From positions 1 through 64,000 of IMG/VR virus record IMGVR_UViG_2974770163_000001: a stretch of 64,000 bases of DNA, one strand, 5' to 3'. Below, piece after piece: positions 61,373-64,000 of this stretch. Every line of letters starts with the position of its first letter. Within the stretch, counting starts at the first letter, position 1. The notes under the pieces were generated by a model. It was not told the DNA's origin and ran no database searches. It saw only the letters and a list, made by a program, of their open reading frames with translations. Source of the DNA: a virus. Lineage: Duplodnaviria; Caudoviricetes. A program made the translations under genes and the position numbers.

Positions 61373-62359
61373 TCAAAGGTCAGTTGCACCGGGTGGAGGG
61401 CAACCGTTGACTCCTATACTTGGACTTAGATCTTTCTTAGGTGGAGTTCTCTTAGGGCTTACAATACGTTTAATCATGAATTGTTTGAATCCATTTAGTC
61501 CCACCGATATTGCTTTTACTGCTGAGTTTGATGAGGGTTTCAAAGACTTAGTTTCTTCTCTGTTAAAGTCTCCTAGTTCCATGCCTAGGTAAGAGAGGTA
61601 AGTCACGAAATCTTCATCAGAGTGCGCAAGAGCTTGCTTCACCCATTCTGGGGCCGGTGCCTTTATATGTGACCACATCGCCAATGTTGATGCGATAAAT
61701 GCTTGGGAAGTATTATGTGCATACTGTCTAGTGTATGGTAACGTTGGCTGATCAATCAGGATTGTATTTCCTTTATATAAAATACTATCTCCTGTTAATG
61801 TACCATTGTATACTACTTCCGGTATATCCTTTTCATCTAGCAGTGAGGTTAGTGGGGGTAATTCTACTACCTGTGTTCCTTCCCAGAACTCTGGTTCATC
61901 GGACATATACCCTACAACCTTACACATGTAGTAACCAGTCTTTTGTGTATGTCTGATTCGGTTGAACTCCTTGAGTTTATCCTTAGACTTAGATTTGTAA
62001 TACCTTAGAGGTTGATACTCTGGCTCAAAGATAGACTTGAACGCCACATCCATTGCAAATCTAGAGTTATGGATTCTTACAGCTGGGAAACTTACCTCTT
62101 TGTCCTCATGAATAAGTAAGTCAAAGTTTGCCACTGTCCTAGCTTCTGATAAGTCGATAGCTCCATGATAGGAGAGGAAGTGTAACGGATAAGCTGATAT
62201 GCTACGTATACACTTTCTATCTGCTGAGGGATAACGCTTGGTAAAGAAGTCCACTAGGCGCAACTCGTACTCGGAAAGCTCGGAGGTCTTCTTACCATTT
62301 AAGTCCATTAAGTCTTGATACGCTTGTTGAACTAGGGTTGGGTTTACTGATGATAACAT
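61373..62359 (-). CDS. Early hypothetical protein (328 aa)
   Basis: CAGGAG RBS; promoter TTGCAG-17-TATAAT at 62460-62488. Confidence 0.8.
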   Translation of the reverse strand: MLSSVNPTLVQQAYQDLMDLNGKKTSELSEYELRLVDFFTKRYPSADRKCIRSISAYPLHFLSYHGAIDLSEARTVANFDLLIHEDKEVSFPAVRIHNSRFAMDVAFKSIFEPEYQPLRYYKSKSKDKLKEFNRIRHTQKTGYYMCKVVGYMSDEPEFWEGTQVVELPPLTSLLDEKDIPEVVYNGTLTGDSILYKGNTILIDQPTLPYTRQYAHNTSQAFIASTLAMWSHIKAPAPEWVKQALAHSDEDFVTYLSYLGMELGDFNREETKSLKPSSNSAVKAISVGLNGFKQFMIKRIVSPKRTPPKKDLSPSIGVNGCPPPGATDL

Positions 62360-62571
62360 AATTATTTTCTCCTGTTCCCTGGCTGAATGAGCAAGGAACT
62401 ACGGCTGTCTACGGAAGTCCTCTTACAGCCATCGGAGGACTTTCTGAATCTATACTTACATTATAACACAGTCCTCGGAAGACTGCAAGTAATCTTTCTT
62501 ATTTATTGTCTATAAGCCAACAGAAAGCACAAAGCCCCACACACCATAGGCATGTGAGGAGAGTTGTTAGA

Positions 62572-62868
62572 CTAAACATAAGTCTCTTCGTTGTTTAGTT
62601 TGACTTCTACGTAACGCTTAAGTACTGGTGCAATAAGACTCATTGCCTCTTTAATCTTGGTAGCGTACTTATCTGCGGATTCTTTCTCAGTGAATACTCG
62701 GTGTTCCCATTCAATGTTAGGCATGTCCATAGCACTATAACGAAGACTTGAGTAGACTGGGTATTTAACTGTCCATGAGCGAACCAATACTTTCTCTTTT
62801 AATTCGCCAATGTTATTTTCGTAAAGCTCTTTCTTAGGTGGAGTGAAGAAGAAATCTAGGAAAGCCAT
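62572..62868 (-). CDS. Hypothetical protein
   Basis: AAGGA RBS. Confidence 0.7.
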   Translation of the reverse strand: MAFLDFFFTPPKKELYENNIGELKEKVLVRSWTVKYPVYSSLRYSAMDMPNIEWEHRVFTEKESADKYATKIKEAMSLIAPVLKRYVEVKLNNEETYV

Positions 62869-62878
62869 ATAATTATCC

Positions 62879-62989
62879 TTATATAATGTTTGAGAAAAAT
62901 TCAGTAATTGATTTGCCTAGGTGTGCTGCAACTACATTTAGCGTAGTCCACAGCACCAGTATAACTACGATAGCAATAACTTTAAGCAT
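62879..62989 (-). CDS. 36 aa membrane peptide
   Basis: AGGGAG RBS; MLKVIAIVVILVLWTTLNVVAAHL... Confidence 0.5.
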   Translation of the reverse strand: MLKVIAIVVILVLWTTLNVVAAHLGKSITEFFSNII

Positions 62990-63200
62990 TTTTGTTCTCC
63001 CTATCAAGATCCCTTAAACCTTTGAGAGTCTTACTACCTGCCTTGATTGCCTTAGCCGTTATCTTCTTTAATTCTCTATCAGAAAGCTCTAACCTATCTG
63101 ACAGCGTTGGAGTGGTGCGGGTTATGGTGTATATTGTACCACCAACAACGGCGAAGATAATTACTAAGACGGTTAGGGCTATTAACATGATACTAATCAT
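62982..63200 (-). CDS. Membrane-anchored hypothetical protein
   Basis: N-terminal TM helix. Confidence 0.65.
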   Translation of the reverse strand: MISIMLIALTVLVIIFAVVGGTIYTITRTTPTLSDRLELSDRELKKITAKAIKAGSKTLKGLRDLDRENKNA

Positions 63201-63469
63201 TCGTCTTTCTCCGGTGGTATCTGTAACTTATATTGTCTAACCGCTTCTATAGCCTCATCTAGCGCACCGCTTAGTTCTTTGTACTTTTGCTCTTCCGAGG
63301 GTACAGATATTGACCATGTTGAATCATCATTCCAAGATGGTGTCTTATAGTTTATAATCTCTTTGTAGAGATCAAGGTTTTCCTTATTCTGTTTACTTGC
63401 TAACATGCCGATAAGGAAAACTATAATACCAGCCATTATGAGGATTATTACCGATAGAATCGTTACCAT
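63197..63469 (-). CDS. Membrane-anchored hypothetical protein
   Basis: N-terminal TM helix. Confidence 0.65.
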   Translation of the reverse strand: MVTILSVIILIMAGIIVFLIGMLASKQNKENLDLYKEIINYKTPSWNDDSTWSISVPSEEQKYKELSGALDEAIEAVRQYKLQIPPEKDE

Positions 63470-63478
63470 AATTGAATC

Positions 63479-63571
63479 CTAGAAAAATAAGGGGAGCCAA
63501 ATAGGCATTGATACCAACGCTGCTCCCAGGATTATAAATACTGGTAATACTATTGTGTCGTTGTTACCCAT
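63479..63571 (-). CDS. 30 aa membrane peptide
   Basis: GGAG RBS; MGNNDTIVLPVFIILGAALVSMPIWLPLFF. Confidence 0.5.
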   Translation of the reverse strand: MGNNDTIVLPVFIILGAALVSMPIWLPLFF

Positions 63572-63573
63572 AT

Positions 63574-64000
63574 CTACTCCGTAATAACTAAGTTGTTTAA
63601 CTTACCCTTTACTTTATCTAGGAAGACTTGATCAGGCTGGTAGAAGCTTCTGATTTGCACTAGCTTCTTCAGTGCCCAGTTAGATGCAGCTTTCTTAGAC
63701 TTACTAAAGCTAATAGTTTCTGCGTTTCGATAAATGTCTGCCAACTTAACCTGAGCAACTGCCGGTACGAAACTATATAGCTTATTGTTAGTCAATTGCT
63801 GGTCAATATCTTTAGTTAGTCGGTCAACGATAAATGCAACATCATCACCAAATGCTCTTCTAACACTTTCTAGGTTGAGGTTTGTATCCTCAACGACATC
63901 GTGAAGCCATGCAGCGCATAGAGTCACGAGATGCTCATAGTCATTTGGGAAATCAAATTCTCTACCAACAATACGAGCTACCCCTGCTAGATGCATGTTC
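63574..64000 (-). CDS. HD-domain hydrolase of the RelA/SpoT/Mesh1 type (probably 5'-truncated by the window)
   Basis: HL..VA, AAWLHDVVEDT, FG..VA.IV..LTKD, VKLAD..N. Confidence 0.8.
   Translation of the reverse strand, partial: NMHLAGVARIVGREFDFPNDYEHLVTLCAAWLHDVVEDTNLNLESVRRAFGDDVAFIVDRLTKDIDQQLTNNKLYSFVPAVAQVKLADIYRNAETISFSKSKKAASNWALKKLVQIRSFYQPDQVFLDKVKGKLNNLVITE

Noticed and set aside
62828-62844. 17-nt match to 61431-61447 (TPPKK in two ORFs)
   Set aside because: A single short match in different protein contexts, which cannot be separated from chance.

Overview
This window is a 64 kb segment of a T5-like siphophage genome (Demerecviridae-type). The host is probably an enterobacterium, judging by the sigma70 promoters and the host-regulator sites. 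From left to right it holds: the early replication cluster (obp C-terminus, D2, D3, split NAD ligase, D5, D6 helicase, primase, family A polymerase, D10-D15, dUTPase; + strand, 1-20124); the complete late morphogenesis block (L-fibre to receptor-binding protein; - strand, 20163-48384); a run of tiny membrane ORFs and tandem repeats at the probable terminal-repeat junction (~49.0-49.9 kb); the pre-early/first-step-transfer region (dmp, A1, A2 and a divergent operon, ~50-59.6 kb); the non-coding injection-stop region (~59.7-61 kb); and the start of the left early arm. The most striking unexplained signal is a ~270 bp non-coding block (59787-60058) tiled with near-consensus operators for host global regulators: LexA, 3x DnaA, Cra, a FadR-type site, a Fur-like site, nine in-phase MetJ boxes and a CRP-like site. 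Other candidates are pre-early genes wrapped in boxA plus 22-bp leader/trailer stems like rRNA operons, a promoter/terminator-bounded structured RNA, and a C-terminal peptide shared by the helicase and an unrelated early protein. Gene names come from recalled similarity to T5 proteins and from synteny, not from database searches.
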